Positions 1-8,675 are shown, counted from the first letter of the stretch. The stretch is 32,810 bases of DNA from an uncultured Oscillospiraceae bacterium (GCA_964523005.1 CAZFZL010000001.1:1-32810); one strand, 5' to 3'. Numbers and translations are program-made. The notes: generated from the sequence alone by a model not told the origin.

Positions 1-187
1 GCGCGAAAGAGCTTGTTTCATACGGTTGTTCATACACGGTCACCGGCTCGCCGCACGGTACGTACGCCGACGACGGAACGACGCTTACGGACGGTGTGAC
101 GCGTCGGCAAAGCTCGGACTTGAGACGACCCTGATATACAGCGTGACCGGGGACACGGAATACAAGATCGATCTTGATCTCGGCTGA
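1..187 (+). CDS. 3' end of an unidentified CDS entering from the left edge (frame ambiguous)
   Basis: Frame 3 is open and protein-like from the edge (AKELVSYGCSYTVTGSPHGTYADDGTTLTDGV...) to TGA 132-134. Frame 2 is open to TGA 185-187 and ends ...TLIYSVTGDTEYKIDLDLG just before a strong terminator. Too short to identify. Confidence 0.3.
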   Translation, partial: RERACFIRLFIHGHRLAARYVRRRRNDAYGRCDASAKLGLETTLIYSVTGDTEYKIDLDLG

Positions 188-196
188 TTACAACAA

Positions 197-237
197 GAAA
201 AAAATCACCGCGCCAAATATCGGCGCGGTGATTTTTC
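197..237. terminator. Bidirectional intrinsic terminator between convergent genes
   Basis: Perfect 11-bp stem atcaccgcgcc (204-214) / ggcgcggtgat (222-232), with an A-run upstream and a T-run downstream. Confidence 0.8.
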
Positions 238-257
238 GATATGATTTGTCCTGAAGA

Positions 258-2519
258 TCAGAGCTTGTTGCGCATGATCTTTCCGCTGATGGTTTTTGGT
301 AGCGTTTCGCAAAACTCCACGACACGCGGATATTTATAAGGCGCGGTATGGTGTTTGACGTACTGCTGTATCTCTTTTTTCAGCTCTTCGGTCGGTTTTG
401 TGCCCTTCGTGAGCACAATGACCGCCTTGACGACCTGTCCGCGTATCTCGTCGGGCGTACCCGTAACGCCGCATTCGACGACGTAGGGAAGCTCCATGAT
501 GACGCTTTCGATCTCGAACGGCCCGATGCGGTAACCGCTTGACTTGATAACATCGTCGGTACGGCCTACATACCAGAAGTAGCCGTCCTCATCGCGCCAT
601 GCGACGTCGCCGGTGTGATAAAGGCCGTCGTGCCATACCTCGTTTGTCTTAGCAGGGTCGTTGTAGTAGCCGATGAACAGTCCGACGGGCTTCTTTTCGC
701 CGACGCGGATGACGATCTCACCCGTTTCGCCGGGCTGTACCGGGTTGCCGTCAGCGTCGAGCAGAAGCACATCGTACTGCGGATTGGGCTTGCCCATAGA
801 GCCGGGACGCGGCGTCGTTCCGAGGAGGTTTCCTATCGTGAGCGTCGTTTCCGTCTGACCGAAAGCTTCCATGAGCTTTATGCCCGTCGCGTCGTAGAAG
901 CGGTTGAACACTTCGGGGTTGAGCGCTTCGCCTGCTATCGTAGCGTATGTCAGCGACGAAAGGTCATATTTCGCAAGGTCTTCCTTGATGAAGAAGCGGT
1001 ACATCGTCGGAGGGCTGCAGAAGCTCGTGATGTCGTAGCGTTTGAAGAGGGAGAGCAGGTCGTCGGCGTGAAATTTTTCAAAATCGTAGGCGAAAACGCA
1101 CGATTCGCAGAGCCATTGACCGTAGATCTTGCCCCAAAGCGCTTTGCCCCATCCGGTGTCGGCGATGGTAAGGTGCAGTCCGTCGGGCGTTACCTTCTGC
1201 CACCAGCGCGCCGTCACGATGTGACCGAGCGGATACGTGTAGGAATGGACGGCGAGCTTCGGATAGCCCGTCGTGCCGGATGAAAAGAACATGACCATCG
1301 GGTCGTCGCAGGAGGTCTCGACGCGCTCCAATTTATCGCTTTGCGCTTCGATGCCTTCGGTGAATGAGCTCCAGCCGTCGCGCTTTTCGCCTGCGACGAT
1401 TTTTATTTTCAGGCTCGGAGACGACGCGGCAGCGAGGTCGACCTCGTGTGTGCATTCGCCGTCACCGGTGCAGATGATGCCTTTGATCTCACCGACCTTG
1501 AACCGGTATTCGTAATCCTTCTGTACGAGCAGCGCCGTCGCCGGGACAGCTATCGCGCCGAGCTTATGCAGTCCGAGCAGCGAAAGCCAGAAGCTGTAAT
1601 CGCGCTTGAGCACGAGCATCACGCGGTCGCCTCTGCCTATGCCGAGAGAACGGAAGTAATTCGCCGTTTTGTTCGACAGCGCAGAAAGGTCGGCAAAGGT
1701 GAAGAGCTTTTCTTCTTTGTTCTTGGACAGCCAAAGCAGCGCGCGCTTTTCGGGACATTTCTTCGCGAGCGCGTCAACGACATCGTAGGCGAAGTTGAAA
1801 TTCTTTTCATAATGGAAATCGATGCTCTTGAGCGTGCCGTCGGGATTGAGTGTCTCGTCGGTGAATCTTTTGTAGATAAGGTCACTGTCGTCGGCGCTGT
1901 ACAGCGTCTGCTGCACCTTACCGGCGGCGACGGGCTCGACGTCGGAGACGCCGTCCGGTCTGTAAACGATGGCAAGGAACGTGCAGTCTTTGCCGTCGAT
2001 CGCGATCATTCCGTGGCGGCATGATGAATCATAATAAACGCTGTCGCCTTCGTGAAGTATCTCGACATGATCCTCAAGCTGTATTTTCATTGCGCCGCTG
2101 AGTATGAAGTCAAGCTCCTGTCCTTTGTGTGTGGACAGCGGTATATCCGCTCTTTCTGCCTTTTCATCGAACTTGATCGTAACGTGGAACGGCTCCGAAA
2201 GGCGGTTTTTCAAAAACGGTGCAATGTGGCGGTAAACGAAGCTTTCCCGGCGCTTGACCGGCATTCCTTCACCGCTTCTGTTGATGTTGTAAAACTCGAG
2301 CTTCGGAGCGCTCCCGGTTATCAGCTCAGACAAATCCATCTTCAAAAAAGCTGCGCATTTCGTCAGGAACGTAACGGAAAAATCGTCACGCCCTTCTTCC
2401 AGAAGCAAATACTCACTGAGCGTCTTGCCTGTCGCACGTGCCATCTCTTCGGCGGATATATCGAGTAACTCCCTCGCGCCCTTGAGTCGCTGTGCGATCT
2501 GTTTGGTCGTGTATTCCAT
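258..2519 (-). CDS. Fusion protein: XRE-type HTH + cupin sensor domain + AMP-forming (medium-chain-like) acyl-CoA synthetase
   Basis: 753 aa from ATG 2519 (MEYTTKQIAQRL...), with GGAAGGAG 8 nt upstream. N-terminus is an HTH_3-like segment (IAQRLKGARELLDISAEEMARATGKTLSEYLLLEEG), followed by a cupin (HKGQELDFILSGAMKIQLEDHVEILHEGDSVYYDSSCRHG). Adenylate-forming motifs follow: SSGTTGYPK, GQTET, YHTGD, GRTDDVIKSSGYRIGPFEIE, PKTISGKIMRNKL. Confidence 0.85.
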   Translation of the reverse strand: MEYTTKQIAQRLKGARELLDISAEEMARATGKTLSEYLLLEEGRDDFSVTFLTKCAAFLKMDLSELITGSAPKLEFYNINRSGEGMPVKRRESFVYRHIAPFLKNRLSEPFHVTIKFDEKAERADIPLSTHKGQELDFILSGAMKIQLEDHVEILHEGDSVYYDSSCRHGMIAIDGKDCTFLAIVYRPDGVSDVEPVAAGKVQQTLYSADDSDLIYKRFTDETLNPDGTLKSIDFHYEKNFNFAYDVVDALAKKCPEKRALLWLSKNKEEKLFTFADLSALSNKTANYFRSLGIGRGDRVMLVLKRDYSFWLSLLGLHKLGAIAVPATALLVQKDYEYRFKVGEIKGIICTGDGECTHEVDLAAASSPSLKIKIVAGEKRDGWSSFTEGIEAQSDKLERVETSCDDPMVMFFSSGTTGYPKLAVHSYTYPLGHIVTARWWQKVTPDGLHLTIADTGWGKALWGKIYGQWLCESCVFAYDFEKFHADDLLSLFKRYDITSFCSPPTMYRFFIKEDLAKYDLSSLTYATIAGEALNPEVFNRFYDATGIKLMEAFGQTETTLTIGNLLGTTPRPGSMGKPNPQYDVLLLDADGNPVQPGETGEIVIRVGEKKPVGLFIGYYNDPAKTNEVWHDGLYHTGDVAWRDEDGYFWYVGRTDDVIKSSGYRIGPFEIESVIMELPYVVECGVTGTPDEIRGQVVKAVIVLTKGTKPTEELKKEIQQYVKHHTAPYKYPRVVEFCETLPKTISGKIMRNKL

Positions 2520-2556
2520 GACCGGTTTCACTCCTTCCAAAATTATAAGTTTGCTT

Positions 2557-2585
2557 ATGATAGCATACTGATGTATAAAAGTCAA
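2557..2585 (-). promoter_or_regulatory. Sigma-A-like promoter for the HTH-cupin-ACS gene
   Basis: On the minus strand: TTGACT (2585-2580), 17-nt spacer, TGcTATCAT (-10 at 2562-2557). Confidence 0.55.
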
Positions 2586-2615
2586 TAAAAAATTTCATAA
2601 AAACGAAAAAAGGAC

Positions 2616-2644
2616 TTGCAATACTTTTAATTATGTGTTATATT
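2616..2644 (+). promoter_or_regulatory. Sigma-A-like promoter for rpmE
   Basis: TTGCAA (2616-2621), 17-nt spacer, TGtTATATT (-10 at 2639-2644). Confidence 0.6.
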
Positions 2645-2684
2645 AGACGTTGCGAATAAAAAACCCTTAGAGAGGAGTGCCGAG

Positions 2685-2885
2685 ATGAAGGAGAAAATCC
2701 ATCCGCAGTTCAAGGATACAACTATAAGATGTGCTTGCGGCGAAGTTATAGAGACGAAATCCACTAAAGAGAACCTCAAGGTCGATATATGCTCAAAATG
2801 CCATCCGTTCTTCACCGGGAAACAGAAGTTTGTTGACGCCGGCGGACGCGTTGACAAATTCAAGAAGAAATTCAACCTTGAATAA
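2685..2885 (+). CDS. rpmE: 50S ribosomal protein L31 (Cys-containing, zinc-ribbon type)
   Basis: 66 aa, MKEKIHPQF...CACGEV...[23 protein letters not shown]. This is the classic L31 signature. GAGGAG RBS. Confidence 0.95.
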   Translation: MKEKIHPQFKDTTIRCACGEVIETKSTKENLKVDICSKCHPFFTGKQKFVDAGGRVDKFKKKFNLE

Positions 2886-2900
2886 CTTTAGGTATTTCCT

Positions 2901-2944
2901 AAAACGGCGCCTGTGTGCTTAAGCTCACGCGTGCCGTTTTTTTC
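2901..2944 (+). terminator. Intrinsic terminator after rpmE
   Basis: aaaacggc...gccgtttt stem followed by a T7 run (2937-2943). Confidence 0.65.
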
Positions 2945-3020
2945 TGTCAAAAACCGACGCGTGACCCAAAGCGCACAGCTGACGTCGCGCAAGCCTTCGA
3001 CGGAAAGACGAGGTAAAGAA

Positions 3021-4142
3021 ATGAACAGAACAAAAAACGAAAAAGAGGCACGGGCTGTGCTCGTCTCGCTTGTCACACCGGGCGGCGATGAGGCGGAAGC
3101 CGAAAAATCGCTTGACGAACTTGAGCGGTTGCTGGAAACAAGCGGCGGCTTTGCTGTCGCGAAGGTTACACAGGCGCGCGAAAAACCTGATGCCGGAACA
3201 TATATCGGCTCGGGAAAATGCGAAGAGATCGCTGCTCTCATAAAAAACAGTCCAGAGGAAGAGAAGATAACGCTCGCCGTTTTCGACGATGAGCTTACGC
3301 CGTCGCAGATTGCGAACCTTGAGGATGCGCTCGGCTGCCGGGTCATAGACCGTACAATGCTCATTCTCGACATATTTGCTTCACGCGCCGTGACGGCGGA
3401 AGGGAAGCTGCAGGTCGAGATAGCGATACTGCGCTACAGCGTGCCGCGGCTTATCGGCAAGGGCACGCAGCTCTCGCGTCTCGGCGGCGGTATAGGAACG
3501 CGCGGACCGGGCGAATCGAAGCTTGAAACGGACAGGCGTCACGTTAAAAATAGAATAAAAGCGCTCAGCGATAAGCTCTCGGCGCTTGAAAAACAGCGCA
3601 GCACGATACGCGCGGGGCGGAGAAAATCGAATTTCGTGACGGCGGCGATCGTCGGCTACACGAACGCCGGCAAGTCCACGCTGCTCAACAGGCTGACCGA
3701 CGCAGGCATACTCGCGGAGGATAAGCTTTTCGCGACGCTTGATCCCACGACGCGCAAGCTCCATCTGACGTCCGGCAGGGATATACTGCTCACTGACACA
3801 GTCGGATTCATCAACCGCCTGCCCCACAAGCTCATCGAAGCGTTCAGAAGCACGCTTGACGAGGTGCGGTACGCCGATATGATAATTGATCTTCGTGATG
3901 CCTCGGACAGTGAAGAAACACAAAAAATGAAAGCGACCGTAACGCAGGAGCTGCTTTCGCAGCTCGGTGCCGGCGCAAAGCCGGTGATAACGGTCTACAA
4001 TAAAAGCGATGCGTGCGAAACTCAGATAAATGCGCCCGGCGCGCAGGTTATAAGCGCGAAGTCCGGCGCCGGGATACCGGAGCTGCTCAAGCGGCTTGAT
4101 GTTGAGGCGAACGCATTAAAAACGGGAGAGAAAGATGACTGA
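3021..4142 (+). CDS. hflX: GTPase HflX
   Basis: 373 aa from ATG 3021 (GAGG RBS). The track ORF extends upstream across the rpmE terminator, so that extension is not coding. HflX N-domain (LEELERLLETSGG, GSGK.EEI), then G motifs GYTNAGKST, DTVGF, NKSD. Confidence 0.9.
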   Translation: MNRTKNEKEARAVLVSLVTPGGDEAEAEKSLDELERLLETSGGFAVAKVTQAREKPDAGTYIGSGKCEEIAALIKNSPEEEKITLAVFDDELTPSQIANLEDALGCRVIDRTMLILDIFASRAVTAEGKLQVEIAILRYSVPRLIGKGTQLSRLGGGIGTRGPGESKLETDRRHVKNRIKALSDKLSALEKQRSTIRAGRRKSNFVTAAIVGYTNAGKSTLLNRLTDAGILAEDKLFATLDPTTRKLHLTSGRDILLTDTVGFINRLPHKLIEAFRSTLDEVRYADMIIDLRDASDSEETQKMKATVTQELLSQLGAGAKPVITVYNKSDACETQINAPGAQVISAKSGAGIPELLKRLDVEANALKTGEKDD

Positions 4143-5112
4143 AGTATTCGAGTTTGGAAAAGTAAAGGCGGCGAGACTCGACAACGGCATGATAAGTGCG
4201 GTGGTGCTTTCGTACGGAGCGACGCTTGCGAAGCTAAACGTGTGCGGGACAGACGTATGCTGCGGCTACGACAGCGTTGAGGAGTATGAAAACGCAAGCG
4301 GCTATCTCGGCGCGACCGTCGGCAGATATGCCAACAGGATAGCAAACGGGCGCTTTTCGCTCGGCGATCGCGAATATGTTCTTGCAAAGAACGAAAAAGG
4401 AGCGACTCACATCCACGGCGGTGACATTGGCTTTGACAAAAGAATTTTTTCGCTGTGTGCGGAAGGCGACAGCGCGATACTGACGTATTTCTCGCCCGAC
4501 GGCGAAGAGGGCTACCCCGGAAACGTCAGGGTTACAGTGAAATACAGGCTTGACGGCATGGCGCTGTATATCGGATACGAGGCAGTGAGCGATGCCGACA
4601 CGGTGCTCAATTTGACGAACCATTCGTATTTCAATCTCGACGGCGCAGGCTCTTTGAGGGTGCTCGATCATACACTGAGCATAAACGCCGAGCAGTACGA
4701 CGCGGTAGATGAAAGGCTCATACCCGTTGAGACGCGCCGCGTCGCGGGAACGCCGTTCGATTTCAGAACGCCTAAGAAGATCGGGCGCGACATAGGAAAA
4801 GACGACAGACAGCTGGCGGTCTGCGGGGGGTACGACCACAATTTCTATCTCAAAAGCGAAGAGGCGGCGTGCCTGACGGGAAAAAAGCTCGGAATGAAGG
4901 TCTTCACCGATATGCCGTGCATACAGCTTTACACGGCGAACTTCTTCGAGGACGGATATCTGCTCTCAGGCAAAAAGGAGAAGCACAACAACGCAGCAGT
5001 GTGTCTTGAAACACAGACGGCGCCTGATTCGCCGAACCGCTCGGACAGCGCGCTGCTCAGAGCCGGTGAACAGTACCGAAAGAAAACGGTGTATTTATTT
5101 TTCAGAGTATAA
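4135..5112 (+). CDS. galM: Aldose 1-epimerase (galactose mutarotase family)
   Basis: 325 aa with mutarotase signatures: GRYANRIANGRF, HIHGG..GFDKR, NLTNHSYFNL, GYDHNF, CLETQ..PDSPN. Start overlaps the hflX stop by 8 nt. Confidence 0.85.
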   Translation: MTEVFEFGKVKAARLDNGMISAVVLSYGATLAKLNVCGTDVCCGYDSVEEYENASGYLGATVGRYANRIANGRFSLGDREYVLAKNEKGATHIHGGDIGFDKRIFSLCAEGDSAILTYFSPDGEEGYPGNVRVTVKYRLDGMALYIGYEAVSDADTVLNLTNHSYFNLDGAGSLRVLDHTLSINAEQYDAVDERLIPVETRRVAGTPFDFRTPKKIGRDIGKDDRQLAVCGGYDHNFYLKSEEAACLTGKKLGMKVFTDMPCIQLYTANFFEDGYLLSGKKEKHNNAAVCLETQTAPDSPNRSDSALLRAGEQYRKKTVYLFFRV

Positions 5113-5119
5113 CAAAGTG

Positions 5120-5153
5120 AAGAAGGCAGCCGCGAAACCGCGGCTGCCTTCTT
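5120..5153. terminator. Strong hairpin between convergent galM and the GH26-like gene
   Basis: Perfect 15-bp stem aagaaggcagccgcg / cgcggctgccttctt with a 4-nt loop. The flanking U-runs are weak. Confidence 0.6.
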
Positions 5154-5177
5154 ATGTGTTATATTCTCTTTTTGTTT

Positions 5178-7124
5178 CTACTCTTCTTTTGATGCCGCAA
5201 AGCCTTCCTTGAACGCGGCAATTGTTTGCGTGAGATCGTCGGTTATGGAGAGCTTGTTGGTGATATAGCTCTTGCCCTGTATTGTAGCGTAATCGTTTAC
5301 CGAGAACCAGACGGCGCCCTTGATGTGCGAGGCGAAGGCGTTGTTCTCCTTGTCATTGAGCGCCTTGAACATTCCTTTGACCCACTGAGCCTGCAGCGCC
5401 TGGTTTCTACCGAGAACGGTATCGTTATATGAGGAAGTGCCCCAGTTATACAGCTTTTCTCCGCCTGCTCCACAGGCAAACTCGGAAATTATCCAAGGGT
5501 AGTTGTCAAACCACGGCATGTTTTTGTTATAAAGCGTAGTGTACATGGAGGAGAATGAACTTACCGACGAGCCATTGTTCATTTCGTAGTATGTCAGACC
5601 GAGAGCTTGTACATAATCGAGCTCGGGCAGGTAATTGAGCGCTTCGCCCCAGTTTGAATACGGGCAGGAGGTTGCGATCGGGTTCCATATCCAAATGCAG
5701 TTGTCGACGCCCTCTTCGAGGAAGATATCATAGAGGCGTTCCCACGTCATGATAAAAACGTCCGGGTCGAGAAGAGAGATTATACCGCAGTAACTCGTCC
5801 AGTCGGTGTTCATCTCGTTGTTGAGCCGGAACAACACAGGCTTCCCGTATGCCTTGATGTCCTGCGCAAGCTCGCGGAACTGGTCGTCGTATTTGCCGCG
5901 GAGGATGTCGAACATCGGTGTATAACCGCTCAGATCGGAATTGTTGAGCGTGGTGAACTGATAGGTGAACTGAAGGACAGGCTTGCCGTTGAAGCCGTTT
6001 CCGCCGGCGGTCTCAGACGCCATGTTGTTCGGGAAACGGTGAGGAGTCGAGCCGTAGGCAATGTGTGTGTAGGTCGGAATGATTTCGAAGCTGTGATCAA
6101 ACGCCGCTTCAAGCCGTGCCTGCTCGGCGTTGAGCTTTGTGAGGGTGGTGGAATAGGAAGAGCTATTGTCAGAGGGCATCGAGGCGCAGAAGAAGCCCCA
6201 GTCTGTCGAGGTCTGCGTCATGAGCTTGTTGTAATACGCTTTTGTTTCGTCACTCCAATAATCCGGAACGCTGCATTCAAATGATGTTTCTATGCTTTGC
6301 GCCGTCCCGTGCGGTGTTATTTCGCAGAAGGATTTAACGATCGTGTCAAAGCGGTTGAGGTCGCGTTGTGTGCTTTTCATAACGATAAGGTAGAATTTGA
6401 CGTATTCGCCCGTCTCGCGAATGATGGCTATATCGTAAAAAGGCATTTCAATATCGCCGGCGAGGCGTATTTCCATGTTGTAAAGCATGATCTCATATCC
6501 GTTGAGCCAGTCGGTGACGGTCTGTGCGGCGCGCGTGCGGCGGATCGAGTTTGCGGAGAGAAAATCGAGATTTTCAATATATCTGTTGAGCCATTCGGTA
6601 AGGTAAGTGTTCCAGCCGCCCTCAGTGTTGCCGTAGGGGTTCTGGTCTTCGAGCGTTACGGTGATGACGAAATCGTCAGTTGTATACTTCGAGCGGAGCG
6701 CACCGAGTGTATAGTCGGCTTTGAAGTCTGTTGACGGCACGGTGATCGCGTAGCCTTCAGGCAGATCGGCGATGCGCGCGCTGTTTGCGCCGTAGAAGAT
6801 ATAGCGGTAATCGTCGGTGCTTTTTATGTTTTCCGGAAGCGTTTCAGTCGCTTGTCCGTTGTGCCATACGGCAAGCTCATATACGCTGTCTGCATCGGTA
6901 AAACCGCTGTCTGCGTCTGCGTATTCTTTGCTCCAGAGAGTTTTTGCGTTTTCATCGGGTATCCTCACTTCGGACACCTCCTTGCTTTCTTCGCTTTCTG
7001 CGGAGGTGCTGCTTTCGTTGTTTTGTGACGGAGTGCAGGATATCACGCAGGTAAGAATAAATAACAGTGCCATAAGGAGAGAGAGCTTTGCAAGGTGCTT
7101 TTTCATTGGTGTTTCGCCTTTCAT
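5178..7124 (-). CDS. Lipoprotein with C-terminal clan GH-A (GH26-like) glycoside hydrolase domain and an uncharacterised N-terminal half
   Basis: 648 aa. Signal peptide plus lipobox (LMALLFILTCVISC). C-terminal half carries GH26-like catalytic motifs: KPVLFRLNNEMNTDWTSYCG (compare RPxHEMNGxWFWW) and PWIISEFACG (nucleophile Glu). The start could instead be ATG 7106 (MKKHLAK). Confidence 0.6.
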   Translation of the reverse strand: MKGETPMKKHLAKLSLLMALLFILTCVISCTPSQNNESSTSAESEESKEVSEVRIPDENAKTLWSKEYADADSGFTDADSVYELAVWHNGQATETLPENIKSTDDYRYIFYGANSARIADLPEGYAITVPSTDFKADYTLGALRSKYTTDDFVITVTLEDQNPYGNTEGGWNTYLTEWLNRYIENLDFLSANSIRRTRAAQTVTDWLNGYEIMLYNMEIRLAGDIEMPFYDIAIIRETGEYVKFYLIVMKSTQRDLNRFDTIVKSFCEITPHGTAQSIETSFECSVPDYWSDETKAYYNKLMTQTSTDWGFFCASMPSDNSSSYSTTLTKLNAEQARLEAAFDHSFEIIPTYTHIAYGSTPHRFPNNMASETAGGNGFNGKPVLQFTYQFTTLNNSDLSGYTPMFDILRGKYDDQFRELAQDIKAYGKPVLFRLNNEMNTDWTSYCGIISLLDPDVFIMTWERLYDIFLEEGVDNCIWIWNPIATSCPYSNWGEALNYLPELDYVQALGLTYYEMNNGSSVSSFSSMYTTLYNKNMPWFDNYPWIISEFACGAGGEKLYNWGTSSYNDTVLGRNQALQAQWVKGMFKALNDKENNAFASHIKGAVWFSVNDYATIQGKSYITNKLSITDDLTQTIAAFKEGFAASKEE

Positions 7125-7159
7125 TAAGGTATATATATTATTTTGTATTTATAAACATT

Positions 7160-7188
7160 TGCAAAAAGCCGTTTTTTCAAACGGCTTT
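7160..7188 (-). terminator. Intrinsic terminator after serS
   Basis: Stem aaagccgtt / aacggcttt (7165-7173 / 7180-7188), followed on the minus strand by TTTTT. Confidence 0.7.
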
Positions 7189-7195
7189 ATGTTGA

Positions 7196-8479
7196 TTATT
7201 TCTTCGTGATTTTTTCAATGCTGCCCATGTACGGACGCAGAGCCGCAGGGATGCTGACGCTGCCGTCGGCGTTGAGGTTGTTTTCGAGAAACGCGATAAG
7301 CATACGCGGCGGCGCGACGACGGTGTTGTTGAGCGTATGGGCAAAATACTTGCTCTTCTCGCCGTTTACACGGATCCTGAGCCTGCGCGCCTGAGCGTCG
7401 CCGAGGTTCGAGCAGCTTCCGACCTCGAAATATTTCTTCTGACGCGGGCTCCACGCCTCTACGTCGCACGATTTAACCTTGAGATCGGCGAGGTCACCGG
7501 AGCAGCATTCGAGCGTGCGCACCGGTATGTCGAGCGTGCGGAAAAAATCGACGGTGTTTTTCCAGAGCTTGTTGTACCAGTCCATGCTCTCCTCCGGTTT
7601 GCAGACGACGATCATTTCCTGCTTTTCAAACTGATGTATGCGGTAGACGCCGCGCTCTTCAATCCCGTGAGCGCCCTTTTCCTTGCGGAAGCAGGGTGAA
7701 TAGCTCGTGAGCGTATAGGGCAGCTCGGATTCGGGTATAGTGGCGTCGATGAATTTGCCTATCATCGAATGCTCGCTCGTGCCTATGAGGTAGAGGTCTT
7801 CGCCTTCGATCTTGTACATCATCGCGTCCATTTCGGCGAACGACATAACGCCCGTCACGACGTCACTGCGTATCATGAAGGGAGGAACACAGTATGTAAA
7901 GCCGCGGCCTATCATGAAATCACGAGCATAGGATATCACCGCCGAATGCAGCCGCGCGATGTCGCCCATGAGATAGTAGAAGCCGTTTCCTGCCACGCGG
8001 CGCGCCGCGTCGAGATCTATGCCGCAAAACGATTCCATTATCTCCGTGTGATACGGTATCTCAAAATCCGGAACGACCGGCTCGCCGAAGCGTTCGTTTT
8101 CGACGTTTTCCGCGTCGCTTCTGCCGATCGGAACGGACGGATCGATGATGTTCGGGATAGTCATCATTATCTTTTTGATTTTTTCGGCAAGCTCCGCTTC
8201 CGTTTTTTCAAGCTCAAGCAGCTGCTGTGCCTGCGAAGCGACGAGAGCCTTTGTCTGCTCGGCTTCGTCTTTTTTGCCTTGTGCCATCATGGCGCCGATC
8301 TGCTTGCTGAGCTTGTTGCGCTGCGCGCGCAGCGTATCGGCGTTCTGTATGGTCTGCCTGTTTTGTCTGTCAAGCTCTATGACCTCATCGACGAGCGGCA
8401 ACTTTGCGTCCTGAAATTTCTTTCTGATGTTTTCCTTTACCGCTTCCGGGTTCTCGCGTAAAAAACGTATATCTATCAT
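7196..8479 (-). CDS. serS: Serine--tRNA ligase
   Basis: 427 aa. N-terminal coiled-coil arm (MIDIRFLRENPEAVKENIRKK...). Class II core motifs: FRKEKGAHG, YRIHQFEKQEM, GSCSNLGDAQARRL, TLNNTVVAPPR. Confidence 0.95.
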   Translation of the reverse strand: MIDIRFLRENPEAVKENIRKKFQDAKLPLVDEVIELDRQNRQTIQNADTLRAQRNKLSKQIGAMMAQGKKDEAEQTKALVASQAQQLLELEKTEAELAEKIKKIMMTIPNIIDPSVPIGRSDAENVENERFGEPVVPDFEIPYHTEIMESFCGIDLDAARRVAGNGFYYLMGDIARLHSAVISYARDFMIGRGFTYCVPPFMIRSDVVTGVMSFAEMDAMMYKIEGEDLYLIGTSEHSMIGKFIDATIPESELPYTLTSYSPCFRKEKGAHGIEERGVYRIHQFEKQEMIVVCKPEESMDWYNKLWKNTVDFFRTLDIPVRTLECCSGDLADLKVKSCDVEAWSPRQKKYFEVGSCSNLGDAQARRLRIRVNGEKSKYFAHTLNNTVVAPPRMLIAFLENNLNADGSVSIPAALRPYMGSIEKITKK

Positions 8480-8511
8480 ATTACGAATTTCCCTTGTGTG
8501 TATTTTTATCT

Positions 8512-8540
8512 ATTATACAGCGTTTCGCACCTTCTTGCAA
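8512..8540 (-). promoter_or_regulatory. Sigma-A-like promoter for serS (short leader, no T-box)
   Basis: On the minus strand: TTGCAA (8540-8535), 17-nt spacer, TATAAT (8517-8512). About 30 nt of leader before ATG 8479. Confidence 0.55.
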
Positions 8541-8595
8541 GAGGAAACGCAATTTTTTATGACGAAACCTTCATAATATAACCGTATAACGCCTA

Positions 8596-8624
8596 TTGAC
8601 AAGCGCGCCGAATCGGTCTAATAT
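8596..8624 (+). promoter_or_regulatory. Sigma-A-like promoter for the oxidoreductase-nagA pair
   Basis: TTGACA (8596-8601), 17-nt spacer, TAATAT (8619-8624). Confidence 0.6.
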
Positions 8625-8675
8625 ATCATCAGAGGCTTATATGCGCAGTATAATAAACGAATGTGAGGGCTTGAC

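Noticed and set aside
2685-2885. Zinc-ribbon (C+) forms of L31 and L32 as a hint of Zur-regulated paralogue switching.
   Set aside because: Only single C+ copies are present here, with ordinary promoters. There is no C- paralogue or Zur box in the window.
2913-3020. N-terminal extension of the hflX ORF (MCLSSRVPFF...).
   Set aside because: The extension runs through the rpmE terminator hairpin and has no RBS. ATG 3021 has a GAGG RBS and gives a normal HflX N-terminus. Analogous upstream extensions were trimmed for the ACS fusion (2520-2585), ffh (13682-13714), DUF1273 (16036-16185), the 2Fe-2S ferredoxin (21037-21114), deoC (25089-25124) and the histidine phosphatase (28931-28966).
5120-5153. 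The 15-bp perfect palindrome, considered as a possible recombination or att site.
   Set aside because: It lies exactly between two convergent stop codons, is GC-rich and has a tetraloop. The simplest reading is a shared transcription terminator.
8480-8600. Expected T-box riboswitch upstream of serS.
   Set aside because: The leader is too short (about 30 nt after the predicted -10). I see no specifier-loop or T-box core sequence on either strand.
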